Below the pieces are notes generated by a model that was not told the origin of the DNA, did no database searches, and saw nothing but the letters and a program-made list of their open reading frames with translations. From positions 3,584,001-3,648,000 of the forward strand of contig OY970309.1 in assembly GCA_963716395.1 (NCBI GenBank): a stretch of 64,000 nt of DNA, given 5' to 3'. This document shows, in pieces, positions 49,953-60,300 of this stretch (the stretch's first letter is position 1; each line of letters starts with the position of its first letter). Made by a program: the position numbers and the translations under genes. Source of the stretch: an uncultured Fibrobacteria bacterium. Its GTDB lineage: Bacteria > Fibrobacterota > Fibrobacteria > UBA11236.

Positions 49953-51008
49953 ATGGCCCGCATCGACGCCCTGTTTCGCCAACTCATCGCCCACAAGGGT
50001 TCCGACCTGCATTTGGCCGAGAACCGCGTGCCGCGGGTGCGGATGCAGGGAGAACTGGAAGATCTGCCGGGAGCCTCCCCGCCGGACCGCGAAGAGTTGG
50101 AAGTGCTGCTTGAAGAAGCCGCGGGCGCGGAGCGATGGCGGCGTTTTCAGGACGCGGGCGATCTCGATTTCGCCTATAACCTCGCAGGCGAGGCGCGCTT
50201 CCGCGCCAATTACCTGCGCCAGTACCACGGCCTGGGCGCGGTGTTCCGCGTCATCCCCAGCCAGGTGCTGACCCTGGAAGAGTTGGACGCTCCGGCGGTG
50301 CTGAAAAGCTTCGGACAATTGCAATCGGGTCTGGTGGTGGTGACGGGGCCGACGGGCTCGGGCAAATCAACGACGCTGGCGGCCGTCATCGATCACATCA
50401 ATTCCACCTGCGCCAAAAAGATCATCACTATTGAAGAGCCGGTGGAGTTCGTGCACCAGAGCCGGCAATCGCTGGTGGTGCACCGCGAAGTCGGCACCGA
50501 CACCGCGTCGTTCATGACGGGATTGACCGGCGCCATCAAAAGCGACGTGAATATCATTCTGGTGGGCGAAATGCGCGACCGCGAAACGGTCGAGTTGGCC
50601 CTGACCGCGGCCGAGATGGGAATTCTGGTATTCGGCACTTTGCACACCAATTCGGCCTCCAAAACCGTCGACCGCATCATCGACGTGTTTCCCGCCAAAA
50701 AGAAAAACCAGATTCGCTCGCTGTTGGCCAATTCGCTCAAGGGGGTGGTGGCCCAGCAACTCGTGCGCAGCGCCGACGGCAGCCGCCGCTACGCGGTACA
50801 TGAGATTCTGTTGCATTGCCCGGCCTTGCCCGGCATCATCCGCGCGGGCGAAACCATGAAACTCAACTCGCTCATGCAAACCAACCGGCAATTGGGCATG
50901 ACCCTCATGGACGACAGCCTGATGGCCTTGTTACAAGAAGGTAAAGTCTCCGCGGAAGCCGCTTTTCAAAAAGCCCAGGACAAAAATCGATTTCGCGCTG
51001 CGGCGTGA
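49953..51008 (+). CDS. pilT: PilT/PilU family type IV pilus retraction ATPase
   Basis: GSDLHL, RFRAN, GPTGSGKSTT, VGEMRD, TLHT. Confidence 0.88.
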   Translation: MARIDALFRQLIAHKGSDLHLAENRVPRVRMQGELEDLPGASPPDREELEVLLEEAAGAERWRRFQDAGDLDFAYNLAGEARFRANYLRQYHGLGAVFRVIPSQVLTLEELDAPAVLKSFGQLQSGLVVVTGPTGSGKSTTLAAVIDHINSTCAKKIITIEEPVEFVHQSRQSLVVHREVGTDTASFMTGLTGAIKSDVNIILVGEMRDRETVELALTAAEMGILVFGTLHTNSASKTVDRIIDVFPAKKKNQIRSLLANSLKGVVAQQLVRSADGSRRYAVHEILLHCPALPGIIRAGETMKLNSLMQTNRQLGMTLMDDSLMALLQEGKVSAEAAFQKAQDKNRFRAAA

Positions 51009-51032
51009 TATACTAGTTTTTACCCCCCGATG

Positions 51033-51108
51033 GGGGTCATAGCTCAGCTGGTAGAGCGCTACAATGGCATTGTAGAGGTCAGGAGTTCGACTCTCCTTGG
51101 CTCCACCA
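51033..51108 (+). tRNA. tRNA-Ala (GGC)
   Basis: Cloverleaf, anticodon GGC, G3:U70 identity pair, encoded CCA. Confidence 0.95.
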
Positions 51109-51143
51109 ATTCAAACCCAGGTTCCAACGGCGAAGGTTTCGCC

Positions 51144-51875
51144 TTAGACGACCTTCCCCCGCCTACCCGGAAGGTCGCTTCGCTTTCCCTGTTTTTGCCC
51201 GCCTATAACGAAGAGGCAAACGTCGAAAAAATCGTGCGCCAAGCCCAGGCCGTGCTTCCCCACGTGGCGGAAACCTGGGAAATCATTCCGATTAACGATG
51301 GCAGCGTCGATGGAACCGGCGCCATCATCGATCGCCTGGCGGCGGAAGATCCCCGCGTACGGCCGGTGCATCATGCGGAAAATCGCGGCTACGGCGGCGC
51401 CGTCATCTCGGGCTGCAAAGCCGCCCGTTACGAGTTGATTTTTTTCACCGATGCCGATTTGCAATTCGACTTGCGGGAAATCACCCTGCTGATCGACAAA
51501 CTCTCCGAAGGCGATTTAATCCTCGGGTACCGCAAACGGCGACGCGATCCCTGGCATCGCCGCTGCAATGCCTGGCTCTGGGGGCTCCTGGTGCGCCGCC
51601 TCTTCAACTTCAAGGTGCGCGATGTCGATTGCGCCTTCAAGATGTTCCGGCGCGAAGTGATCGACCAGGTCGAACTGACCGCACGCGGAGCCATGGTTTC
51701 CACCGAACTCTTGGCCCGCGCCGCCCGCAAAAAATTCCGAATCGTCGAAGTGGGGGTTTCGCATTTTCCCCGCCAAGCCGAAACTCCGACCGGAGGCAAC
51801 CCCGCCGTGATTCTGCGCGCGTTTTCGGAACTGTTTAAACTTTATCCCAAAATCAAGGCCGCCGGGAAATCATAG
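51144..51875 (+). CDS. glycosyltransferase family 2 (DPM synthase-like)
   Basis: PAYNEE, NDGS.D, NRGYG.A, DADLQF, DVDCAFK; start codon unclear. Confidence 0.85.
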   Translation, partial: LDDLPPPTRKVASLSLFLPAYNEEANVEKIVRQAQAVLPHVAETWEIIPINDGSVDGTGAIIDRLAAEDPRVRPVHHAENRGYGGAVISGCKAARYELIFFTDADLQFDLREITLLIDKLSEGDLILGYRKRRRDPWHRRCNAWLWGLLVRRLFNFKVRDVDCAFKMFRREVIDQVELTARGAMVSTELLARAARKKFRIVEVGVSHFPRQAETPTGGNPAVILRAFSELFKLYPKIKAAGKS

Positions 51876-52418
51876 CGACCCGTGCTGCTGCAGCACGTTT
51901 TGAATGCGCCCCTGCTCCGACCCCGAAGCCATGGTATAGGCGGTTTGGCCGGCGGCGCCTTTTTGCGAAACATTCGCGCCCTTGGCCACCAACAAATTCA
52001 CCATGTCCAAATCGCCGTTCATGGCCGCCACCATCAATACGGTGGTTCCGCTGCCCGCAATACGCGCATTGACGTCGGCGCCTTGATCGATGAGATAAGT
52101 GGCCAGGTCATCATGCTTGCCCCACACCGCTTCCATCAACGGGGACGAACCGTTTTGGTTGGAACTGGCCTGGATATTGGCGCCTTTGGAAATCAAATAC
52201 TTGGCGGCGTCGGTATTGCCGTTCCAGCAAGCCAGCATCAGGGCCGTGTAATCATTGGCGGTTTCACGGGTGTCGACGCTCTCTCCTTTCGCCAACCCCG
52301 ACTTCACCAGGTTCACATCGCCCCGAATGGCTCCGGACAACAACTCCGAAACCTGCGCGCGCAAAGGCAGCACCGATATCATCAATCCCAGTCCCATCGC
52401 CCGTAATGCAGCCGACAT
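51870..52418 (-). CDS. exported ankyrin repeat protein
   Basis: Signal peptide and repeats TALMLA..G...L...GA.V. Confidence 0.9.
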   Translation of the reverse strand: MSAALRAMGLGLMISVLPLRAQVSELLSGAIRGDVNLVKSGLAKGESVDTRETANDYTALMLACWNGNTDAAKYLISKGANIQASSNQNGSSPLMEAVWGKHDDLATYLIDQGADVNARIAGSGTTVLMVAAMNGDLDMVNLLVAKGANVSQKGAAGQTAYTMASGSEQGRIQNVLQQHGSL

Positions 52419-52701
52419 AACGCATCCTTGGTTGGAGTGTGGGCTTGATCTACATCGCGCGGACGGGTGCAGAGTTAAGGTGTGGTTAACCGGGAATTAA
52501 ATCGCGTTAATCCCATTCCCACTCTGCGAAAAAGGAGACCGGCCGACACGGCGATGCCTTCGCATCCATTTCCGCGCTATTTCCCCGTCCCCGTTTTCAC
52601 TGCGGCGGAGGTGGAGTTTGCCGGTCGCTTTTCGCGCTTCTCCGCCCAGGCACTCGATTTGCATTGCTTGGCGGTGCACGGAATCCTGATATACTGTTCG
52701 T

Positions 52702-54363
52702 GTGCCGATGTCGGCCGGGGGCAATTTGAAAAAATCGGCAAACTTCCCCATCGCTTTTTTCACCCTGCTGATGCGCTTGGTTTACTGCACCCCGGATAGT
52801 TCCACGACCATCCCCACCCTTCCCGATTCCAAGGGAGGCCGAATCGATTCCTTGCATATCCACGCGGTGACCCCGGAGAATGGAGCGGTAGGAGTGGCGC
52901 TCGACGTCAGCATGGGAATTCGCTTCAATCGGCCGGTCCAAGCTTCTTCCATCAATGCTTCCATCGTGAAGTTGCAGAGCGGCGCCGCCCCAGCCGCTGT
53001 TCGACTGATGCTGGCGCTGAATGCCGCGGGGGATTCGGTGACGGCGACTCCGGACGATTCTCTGCGTCCATCTACCTCCTATACCCTTTCCATCCGCGGT
53101 GGAAACACAGGTGTTACGGATATTTTCGGCGACACCTTGGCGCGAACTCTGCTGGTAAGTTTTAAGACGGGGGGTTCCGTGCCGCACAGCAACCTGACAT
53201 TAATGACCTGGGCCGATATTGCCGGCAAATATACGGGCAGCACCTTCCACCTGCCCTCCGCCGCCGAAGTCCCCGCCGGAGGGGATTTTATTTATTCGAG
53301 CGGAATCCACGCCCAATTGGCCAATGGTCATTTAATGGTGGATGCTGAAAACCACATCCCGCCCGGTAATTCGGGATTAGAGGGGGAAATCCGCTTACCG
53401 GCAATTTTGGATGGACGCGCCGCCCAATGCCTGAAATGGGTGGATGTTACGGATGGCCTGTTGCCGGCCGGTTTCACCGGGGGTGAGACCTATATCCTCG
53501 GCGGACTCTTGGAGTTGGGAACGAAACTTTATTTCACCAAGTATCAATGGTACAACGGCGCGGGCGCGGACTGGGGGTCGTTGGGATATCGCGACGAAGC
53601 CGCCAACAAGACTTACGGCATGTGGCAGGTTTCCGGGCCTTGGGCGCATAACCAGCGGGTCGCCGGCTATATGTCCTATGCCCCCCAAGCCTTAACCGAC
53701 GCGGGATACCCCATTTTAGCGGGTCAAGAAGGAACTTCGGGCTCGGCCAATGGACGATGGGGCCCCAATTTATTCGCCATTCAAGGAAACTTTCCGGCCT
53801 CCCGCGGCGAATCGGTTGCAGCCAAACCTTTGTTGGCTCATCCGGACGAAGGCAGGGAATCCCCCGGGTGGTGGCTGGGAGACAAGGTTTCCAGTGCCGT
53901 GTGGATTAAAACGAAAACCCAGCAGGCGGTGGTGCTCTTCTTATATCAGCAATTGGGCGGCGAAACCTGGTACGGCGAAAATGTGGACACCTGCACGTGC
54001 ACGGATTGCGATCCCCCCGTCACCACCTGCGGCACCTCCCTGGCCGATCCCTATCCGACCTACAAAGGTTTTCACGCCACGGGTTACCACCTGCAAGTAT
54101 GGATTTACAATCCCAATGATCTTTACGATGCGTTCAATGGAAAGCGCGATCCCTGGTCGGTGCTGCCCGCGGAAAAAGTCGATTTGATCACGCGGGCGCC
54201 CGGCACCACGACCGAAACCGTGAATAGTTTCATCACGGGGAATGCCACGCAGCAATTGCAGGCCAGTTACCGCAATGGGCGATTGATCATCATGCAACCT
54301 AATGGTTACGTCCAGGGCCCCTACGAATCCGACCCGACCGGATATGTGATCCAATTGGAATAG
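52702..54363 (+). CDS. secreted protein with Ig-like (Big_5-type) domain and unknown C-terminal domain
   Basis: V.PENGA.GV...I.F..PV...TP...L.P.TSYTLSI...D..G.TL...SF.TG Ig-like pattern; start uncertain. Confidence 0.7.
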   Translation: MPMSAGGNLKKSANFPIAFFTLLMRLVYCTPDSSTTIPTLPDSKGGRIDSLHIHAVTPENGAVGVALDVSMGIRFNRPVQASSINASIVKLQSGAAPAAVRLMLALNAAGDSVTATPDDSLRPSTSYTLSIRGGNTGVTDIFGDTLARTLLVSFKTGGSVPHSNLTLMTWADIAGKYTGSTFHLPSAAEVPAGGDFIYSSGIHAQLANGHLMVDAENHIPPGNSGLEGEIRLPAILDGRAAQCLKWVDVTDGLLPAGFTGGETYILGGLLELGTKLYFTKYQWYNGAGADWGSLGYRDEAANKTYGMWQVSGPWAHNQRVAGYMSYAPQALTDAGYPILAGQEGTSGSANGRWGPNLFAIQGNFPASRGESVAAKPLLAHPDEGRESPGWWLGDKVSSAVWIKTKTQQAVVLFLYQQLGGETWYGENVDTCTCTDCDPPVTTCGTSLADPYPTYKGFHATGYHLQVWIYNPNDLYDAFNGKRDPWSVLPAEKVDLITRAPGTTTETVNSFITGNATQQLQASYRNGRLIIMQPNGYVQGPYESDPTGYVIQLE

Positions 54364-54467
54364 GAGAGTTGATGACGGGCCGCTCGCGGCTTTCAGGGGT
54401 GCGTGGATTTCGGCCGGCGGGACGCCGTAACAGCGCCTCCCGGGTGGTCTTGGGAAGGGCGGCGGAA

Positions 54468-54541
54468 TGGACGATACTGGACTCGAACCAGTGACCCCCA
54501 CCATGTCAAGGTGATACTCTAACCAACTGAGCTAATCGTCC
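54468..54541 (-). tRNA. tRNA-Val (GAC)
   Basis: Cloverleaf, anticodon GAC, CCA not encoded. Confidence 0.93.
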
Positions 54542-54809
54542 GATTCCGACCTCTTCCCATAATCTCTGCCAATCCTCTACGCCTTATCCGCGCATTATCC
54601 CCGACCTCTTTGAGGTCGAAGAAAAGGGAATTTAGCTTTCGCAATCCCAATCTCAAAGCACGGGCCGATCCATTCCCGCATACTCCGGCTGGGCTTCGTC
54701 AATTTCAAAAGATTCCGGTTTTAATCCCCACGGACGCATGAAACCGCCACCCGAAAATAACCGGCCGCGCCTGCGGAAAATTCCGGGGTCATCGCGGGGA
54801 TAGGGGCGG

Positions 54810-54847
54810 ATGAAAGCCCCATGAATTTCCGCTGAAATTTTTGTGAC
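54810..54847 (+). promoter_or_regulatory. putative OmpR/PhoB-family binding array
   Basis: ATGAA/ATGAA/CTGAA/GTGAC at 54810, 54821, 54832 and 54843 (11-bp period) upstream of the efflux operon. Confidence 0.45.
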
Positions 54848-54929
54848 CGCCTCGTATCAATCACGATGTGAATATCGTAATACGAATTAATGCGAGACTA
54901 ATCCGCCCTTAAATCCGAGTGGGTATTCT

Positions 54930-56216
54930 ATGGGGCGCCTCGAACAACCCATGATGACTTTCTCGCTTCGCATTTTCGGGAACACTGCGCCGAAACCGAT
55001 TTTGCCCATGCTCCTGTTGGCTGCGCTCAGCGTCCCAGGCGAATCGTTGCGTCTCGACGACGCCCTCGCGCTCTCGGTGCGCCATCCCGACGTCGTGTTG
55101 CAGACCTTCGATGTGCGAAGCGCCGAAGGCGATTCGCTGACGGCTGGATTGCGTCCGAATCCGGTGCTGAATCTCAACGGCGACGCGTTCTCCACGGCGA
55201 GCCCTTACTGGGATCCGCAAGCCAAGATGTTCGGCGCCTCGTTGGCCGCCACCTTGGAGTTGGGCGGCAAGCGCCGATCCCGGCGGCGAGCCGCCGATTC
55301 GGCCCTGGCCGCGGTTCGCGCCCAAGGCCAGGATACGCGCACCGAAGCCGCGCTGGCCGTGGGCTTTGCCTGGCTGAATGCGGCCCAAGCGAAATGGGCG
55401 TTACAGACAGCCCGCCAGGCCGAAGCCAGTCTCGACTCAACCGCGGCCGTGGATCAGGTGCGCCTGCATGCCCGGATCATCAGCGAGGTTGAAGCCCTGC
55501 GCTCACGCATCTCGGCCCGTCAGGCCGAGCAGCAGCGAGAGGAGGCTGAAATCGCCTTGGCCGGCGCGCTGCGCGATTTGAATCTTGCCCTCAACACGGA
55601 TACGGCCGTCGATGTACGCGAACAGGATGGGTTCGCCTATACCCCGCCACCGCTCGACTCCTGTCTGTTTCTGGCGCATGCCCGGCGCGACGATTTGGCG
55701 ACGGCGCGCGCCGAAGCGGCCTCGGCCCAGGCCGATTTGGCGGTGCAGCAAAGTCTGGCATTTCCCGACGTCACGGTTTCGGCCGATTATTCCCGCCAGC
55801 AAGACGTTCCCTTTTACGGATTTTCGCTCAGCCTGCCCCTGCCTTTGGCGCGCAACCAGGGCGAGCGTTTCAAAGCCCGGGCGCAATGGCGACGCGCGCA
55901 AGTGGAGGCCGCGTTGGCGTTGAAAAAAGCCGACGCCGAAGTGGCGTCGAGCTACGCCGAGTACGCAGAACGGCGCCGAGGGTTGGAAGAGTTCGGCCAG
56001 GCTCTGGAAGAATCGGAAAAAGTGCGCGCCGCGATGGAGCACACCTATCGCTCGGGCAATACGTCGATTCTCGATTTTCTGGACGCGCAGCGCAACTGGT
56101 ACGATGTGCAACAATCGTTTCACGACGCGACCGCCGATTATGAACGCGCCTGTCTGCGGCTTTCCGCCGCCATCGGCGCCATTCTCACCGATCACTTTTC
56201 GCCGACCCCGCGCTAA
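54930..56216 (+). CDS. TolC/CzcC family outer-membrane efflux protein
   Basis: Signal peptide, RPNP.L, LELGGKR, LPLP...NQG, Y..G..SILDFLDAQR. Confidence 0.9.
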   Translation: MGRLEQPMMTFSLRIFGNTAPKPILPMLLLAALSVPGESLRLDDALALSVRHPDVVLQTFDVRSAEGDSLTAGLRPNPVLNLNGDAFSTASPYWDPQAKMFGASLAATLELGGKRRSRRRAADSALAAVRAQGQDTRTEAALAVGFAWLNAAQAKWALQTARQAEASLDSTAAVDQVRLHARIISEVEALRSRISARQAEQQREEAEIALAGALRDLNLALNTDTAVDVREQDGFAYTPPPLDSCLFLAHARRDDLATARAEAASAQADLAVQQSLAFPDVTVSADYSRQQDVPFYGFSLSLPLPLARNQGERFKARAQWRRAQVEAALALKKADAEVASSYAEYAERRRGLEEFGQALEESEKVRAAMEHTYRSGNTSILDFLDAQRNWYDVQQSFHDATADYERACLRLSAAIGAILTDHFSPTPR

Positions 56217-56226
56217 GGAGGAGCCC

Positions 56227-57333
56227 ATGTACTCATCGCTTCGAAATACCACCTTGCGCCTGGGAGGGGCGGCCCTGCTCGCGGCCGGTGCCATGGCCTG
56301 CCACCGGACGGCCGCGTCGAACGCGGACCACGGTTTTTGTCTGAACGACACCATGGCGCGCATGATCCAAATCGACACTGTGCACCCGTCCCAGGTGTTG
56401 GGAGAATTGCGGCTGTCGGGCAAGGTGGGCTTCGATGAAGACAAAGTGCTGCAGATTTACCCTTTCGCCGGCGGCACAGCCGTCGAGGTGCGGGTGGACC
56501 TCGGGGACTCGGTGCACAAGGGCGAGGTATTGGCCGTGGTGCGCAGCGGCGAGATCGCCGGCTATATGCAGGATCGCGTCAACGCGGCCTCCAATCTGAT
56601 CCTGGCGCAAAAAAATTTGAACGCCGCGGCCGATCTGTACCGCGCCGGAGTGGAATCGGAACGCGATTATGTGGCCGCGCAAAAGGATCTGGAAAAGGCG
56701 CAGGCCGAAAGGAAACGGGTGGCCGCCATCTACGCACTCTACGATATCGTTCCCGGCAACAGCGACACCTATGTGATCAAATCGCCCATGGACGGTTTCG
56801 TAGTGGATAAAAAAATCACCCGCGAAATGCACATCCGCGCCGACCGCACCGACAACCTGTTCACCATCTCGGATCTGCATGATGTGTGGATCAACGCCAA
56901 TGTGTTCGAGGGGGATATCCCCAAAGTCCGCGCCGGGCAAACCGCGGAGGTCACCACGCTGGGATATCCCGACCGCGTCTTTCACGGCGTGGTCGATAAA
57001 GTCTTCAACGTGCTCGATCCGGATTCCAAAACCATGCGCGCGCGCATCCGCCTGCCCAACCCCGGATATCTGCTGAAGCCGGACATGTACGCCGCAGTGA
57101 CGGTGCATTTTTCCGAGAACCGCAGCCTTCCGGCCGTCGCCAGCTCGGCCCTGATCTTCGACCAAGGCCGCGAATTCGTGGTGGTCTACCGCGGAGCCTG
57201 CGATTTGCAGGCCCGGCCGGTCGAGATCTACCGCACCGTCGGCGACCGGGCCTTCATCACCTCCGGCCTCGGCGACGGCGAGCGTGTGGTCGCGCGCCAG
57301 GCCCTGCTGGTGTATGGGGCGTTGGGCGGCTGA
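56227..57333 (+). CDS. RND periplasmic adaptor (CzcB-like)
   Basis: Lipoprotein-like N-terminus, V.LGD.V.KG..LA, SP.DG.V, LKPDMY. Confidence 0.9.
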   Translation: MYSSLRNTTLRLGGAALLAAGAMACHRTAASNADHGFCLNDTMARMIQIDTVHPSQVLGELRLSGKVGFDEDKVLQIYPFAGGTAVEVRVDLGDSVHKGEVLAVVRSGEIAGYMQDRVNAASNLILAQKNLNAAADLYRAGVESERDYVAAQKDLEKAQAERKRVAAIYALYDIVPGNSDTYVIKSPMDGFVVDKKITREMHIRADRTDNLFTISDLHDVWINANVFEGDIPKVRAGQTAEVTTLGYPDRVFHGVVDKVFNVLDPDSKTMRARIRLPNPGYLLKPDMYAAVTVHFSENRSLPAVASSALIFDQGREFVVVYRGACDLQARPVEIYRTVGDRAFITSGLGDGERVVARQALLVYGALGG

Positions 57334-57361
57334 GCCCGCACCAACGACGAAAGCACGCGCC

Positions 57362-60300
57362 ATGATCAAGCTCGTCAAAAGCGTTCTCGGATTTTCGCTC
57401 AAGAACCGTTTCTTCGTGTTTTTCGTCACCGGGCTTCTGGCCCTGGCCGGGCTCTATGCCTACTGGACGTTGCCCATCGAGGCTTTTCCCGACGTGACCA
57501 ACACCCAAATCATCATCATTACGCAATGGCCGGGCCAAAGCGCCGAAGAGGTCGAGCGCTTCGTCACGGTTCCGCTGGAAGTGGCCATGGGCCCGGTGCA
57601 GCGCAAGATCAGCGTGCGCTCCATCACCATGTTCGGCCTTTCCGTGATCAAAATCGTTTTCGACGACGACATCGATGACGCCTTCGCCCGCCAACAGGTG
57701 AACGGCCGCCTGGCCGCGGCTTCACTGCCCGACGGGGTCGAACCCGAAGTCGAACCGCCCTACGGACCCACCGGCGAGATCTACCGCTATGTGCTCACCA
57801 GCCCGCATCGCAATTCACGCCAACTGCTGGAATTGCAGAACTGGGTGGTCGACCGCGAATTACGCACCGTCGAAGGCGTGGCCGACATCAATCCTTTCGG
57901 CGGCGAAGACAAGATTTACGCGGTGGCCGTCGATCCCTTGCGCCTGGATCAATACGGCATCACCCCGCTCGACGTGTACAGCGCCATCCAGAGAAACAAC
58001 CTGAACGTGGGCGGCGACGTGATCGAACGCAACGACCAGGCCTTCGTGGTGCGCGGCATCGGCCTTTTGACCTCGGTACGGGACATTGAGAACGTTTTGG
58101 TCGATCAGCGGGGCGGAACGCCCATTCTCGTCAAAGACGTGGCCCATGTTTCCGAAACCGGCGCCACCCGTCTGGGGCAGGCCGGCCTGGATGAAAATGA
58201 CGATGTGGTCGAAGGCATCGTGGTCATGCGCAAAGGCGAAAACCCCAGCGACGTGCTCAAGCGGCTGAAGGCCAAGGTGAAAGACATCAACGAGCATATC
58301 CTTCCGCCCGACGTTAAAATGCAGACCTTCTACGACCGCGACGTGCTCATTCGCTATTGCACCCACACGGTACTCCATAACCTCTTCGAGGGCATCGTGT
58401 TGGTAACGGCCGTGGTGTTTCTCTTCATGGCCGACTGGCGCACCACCTTGATCGTCTCCTTGGTGGTGCCGCTGTCGCTGTTGTTCGCCTTTCTTTGCCT
58501 GCGCCTGCGCGGCATGTCGGCCAACCTGTTGTCGTTGGGCGCCGTGGATTTCGGCATCATCATCGACGGCGCCGTGGTCATGGTCGAAGGCCTGTTTGTG
58601 GTGATGGCCCGGCTCTCCGACCGGATTGGGCGCGAACGTTACGCCCGCCTTTCCAAACTCGGCCTCATCCGCCGCGAAGGCGCGCCGCTCGGCAAGGCTG
58701 TCTTCTTTTCAAAATTGATCATCATCACGGCCTTGCTGCCCATCTTCTCCTTCCAGAAAGTCGAGGGCAAAATGTTTTCGCCCCTGGCCTGGACCTTGGG
58801 GTTTGCCCTGGCCGGTGCGCTGCTGTATACCTTGACCCTGGTGCCGGTGTTGTTCAGCCTGCTGCAGCGCACGCAGGCCCGGGAAAAGCACAATCCCTTC
58901 GTGATCTTCGTGCAGCGTCGCACTTTGCAAGCCTTTCATTTCTGCTTCGCGCACAAGGCCCTCAGCCTGGGCGCGGCCTGCATCGTAATGGTCTTGAGCC
59001 TGCTCTCCACTTCGTGTCTCGGCACCGAATTCCTGCCCGAGCTCGACGAGGGCGCGCTGTGGGTCGAAGCCGGCCTGCCCGTCAGTACTTCGCTCTCGGC
59101 CACCGTGGCTATGGTGCATCGCATCCGCGCAAAGCTGCTGCGCTTTCCCGAAGTGCAGAGCGTACTTTCGCAAACCGGGCGCTCCAATGATGGTACCGAC
59201 CCCTCCGGGTTCTACTACATGCAGGCGGCGGTAAACCTCTACCCCGAAGATCAGTGGAAGCGGCACATCACCAAGGAACAACTGGTCGACGAAATGGACT
59301 CGGCCCTGAAGGTGTTTCCCGGTATCGTGTACAACTACTCGCAGCCCATCATCGACAATGTCGAAGAAGCCGTGGCCGGCTTCAACTGCTCGCAGGCGGT
59401 AAAGGTGATCGGTCCGGATCTCAACGTCGCCGACAGCCTGGCCGGCCTGGTGGTGAACGCCATGCACGGCACCCCCGGCATCGCCGACCTCGGTATTCTG
59501 GAAAGCATCGGCCAACCCGAAGTGAAAATCGTGCTCGACCCGGAACGCATGGCCGCCTACGGCGTGGCCACCGCCGACGCCCAGGCCGTGACCGAAATGG
59601 CCATCGGCGGAAAAACCGCGACGCAATTGTACGAGGGCGACCGCAAATTCGACGTGCGCGTGCGCTACCCGCTGGAGTTCCGCCGCACCCAAGCCGACAT
59701 CGGCCGTCTCCGGGTGCCCACTTTGCACGGAGGCGGCGTGCCGCTCGGGGAAATCGCCGACATTCAAACCGTTACCGGCCCGCTGTTCATTTACCGCGAC
59801 GCCGGCCGGCGCTTCGTGGCGGCGAAATTTTCGGTGCGCGACCGCGACCTCGGTTCCACCATCCGCGACGCCCAGGCCCGCGTCGACCAGGCCGTGCATT
59901 TGCCGCCGGGCTACAGTTTCGGCTGGACCGGTGAGTTCGAGAACCAGGTGCGGGCCAACAAACGCCTGGGCCAGATGATTCCCATCTCCATCATTCTGAT
60001 CTTCATTCTGCTGTTCATCGCCTTCGGCAATCCCAAAGACGCGGCCCTGGTGCTGGTCAACGTCCCCTTCGCGCTCATCGGCGGCATTCTGGCGCTGCTT
60101 ATCACCGGCACGATTTTCGGCATTTCAGCGGGGGTGGGTTTCATCGCCCTGTTCGGCATCTGCATCCAAAACGGTGTGATCCTGGTATCGGTTTTCCACC
60201 GCAATCTCAAGGCGGGATTGGACCTCGATGCCGCCATCGTCCGCGGCGTGACCGAGCGCGTGCGGCCCGTGGTGATGACCGCCATGATGGCCGCGCTGGG

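Noticed and set aside
51030-51143. GT2 N-terminus starting at ATG 51030
   Set aside because: It would run through the whole tRNA-Ala gene.
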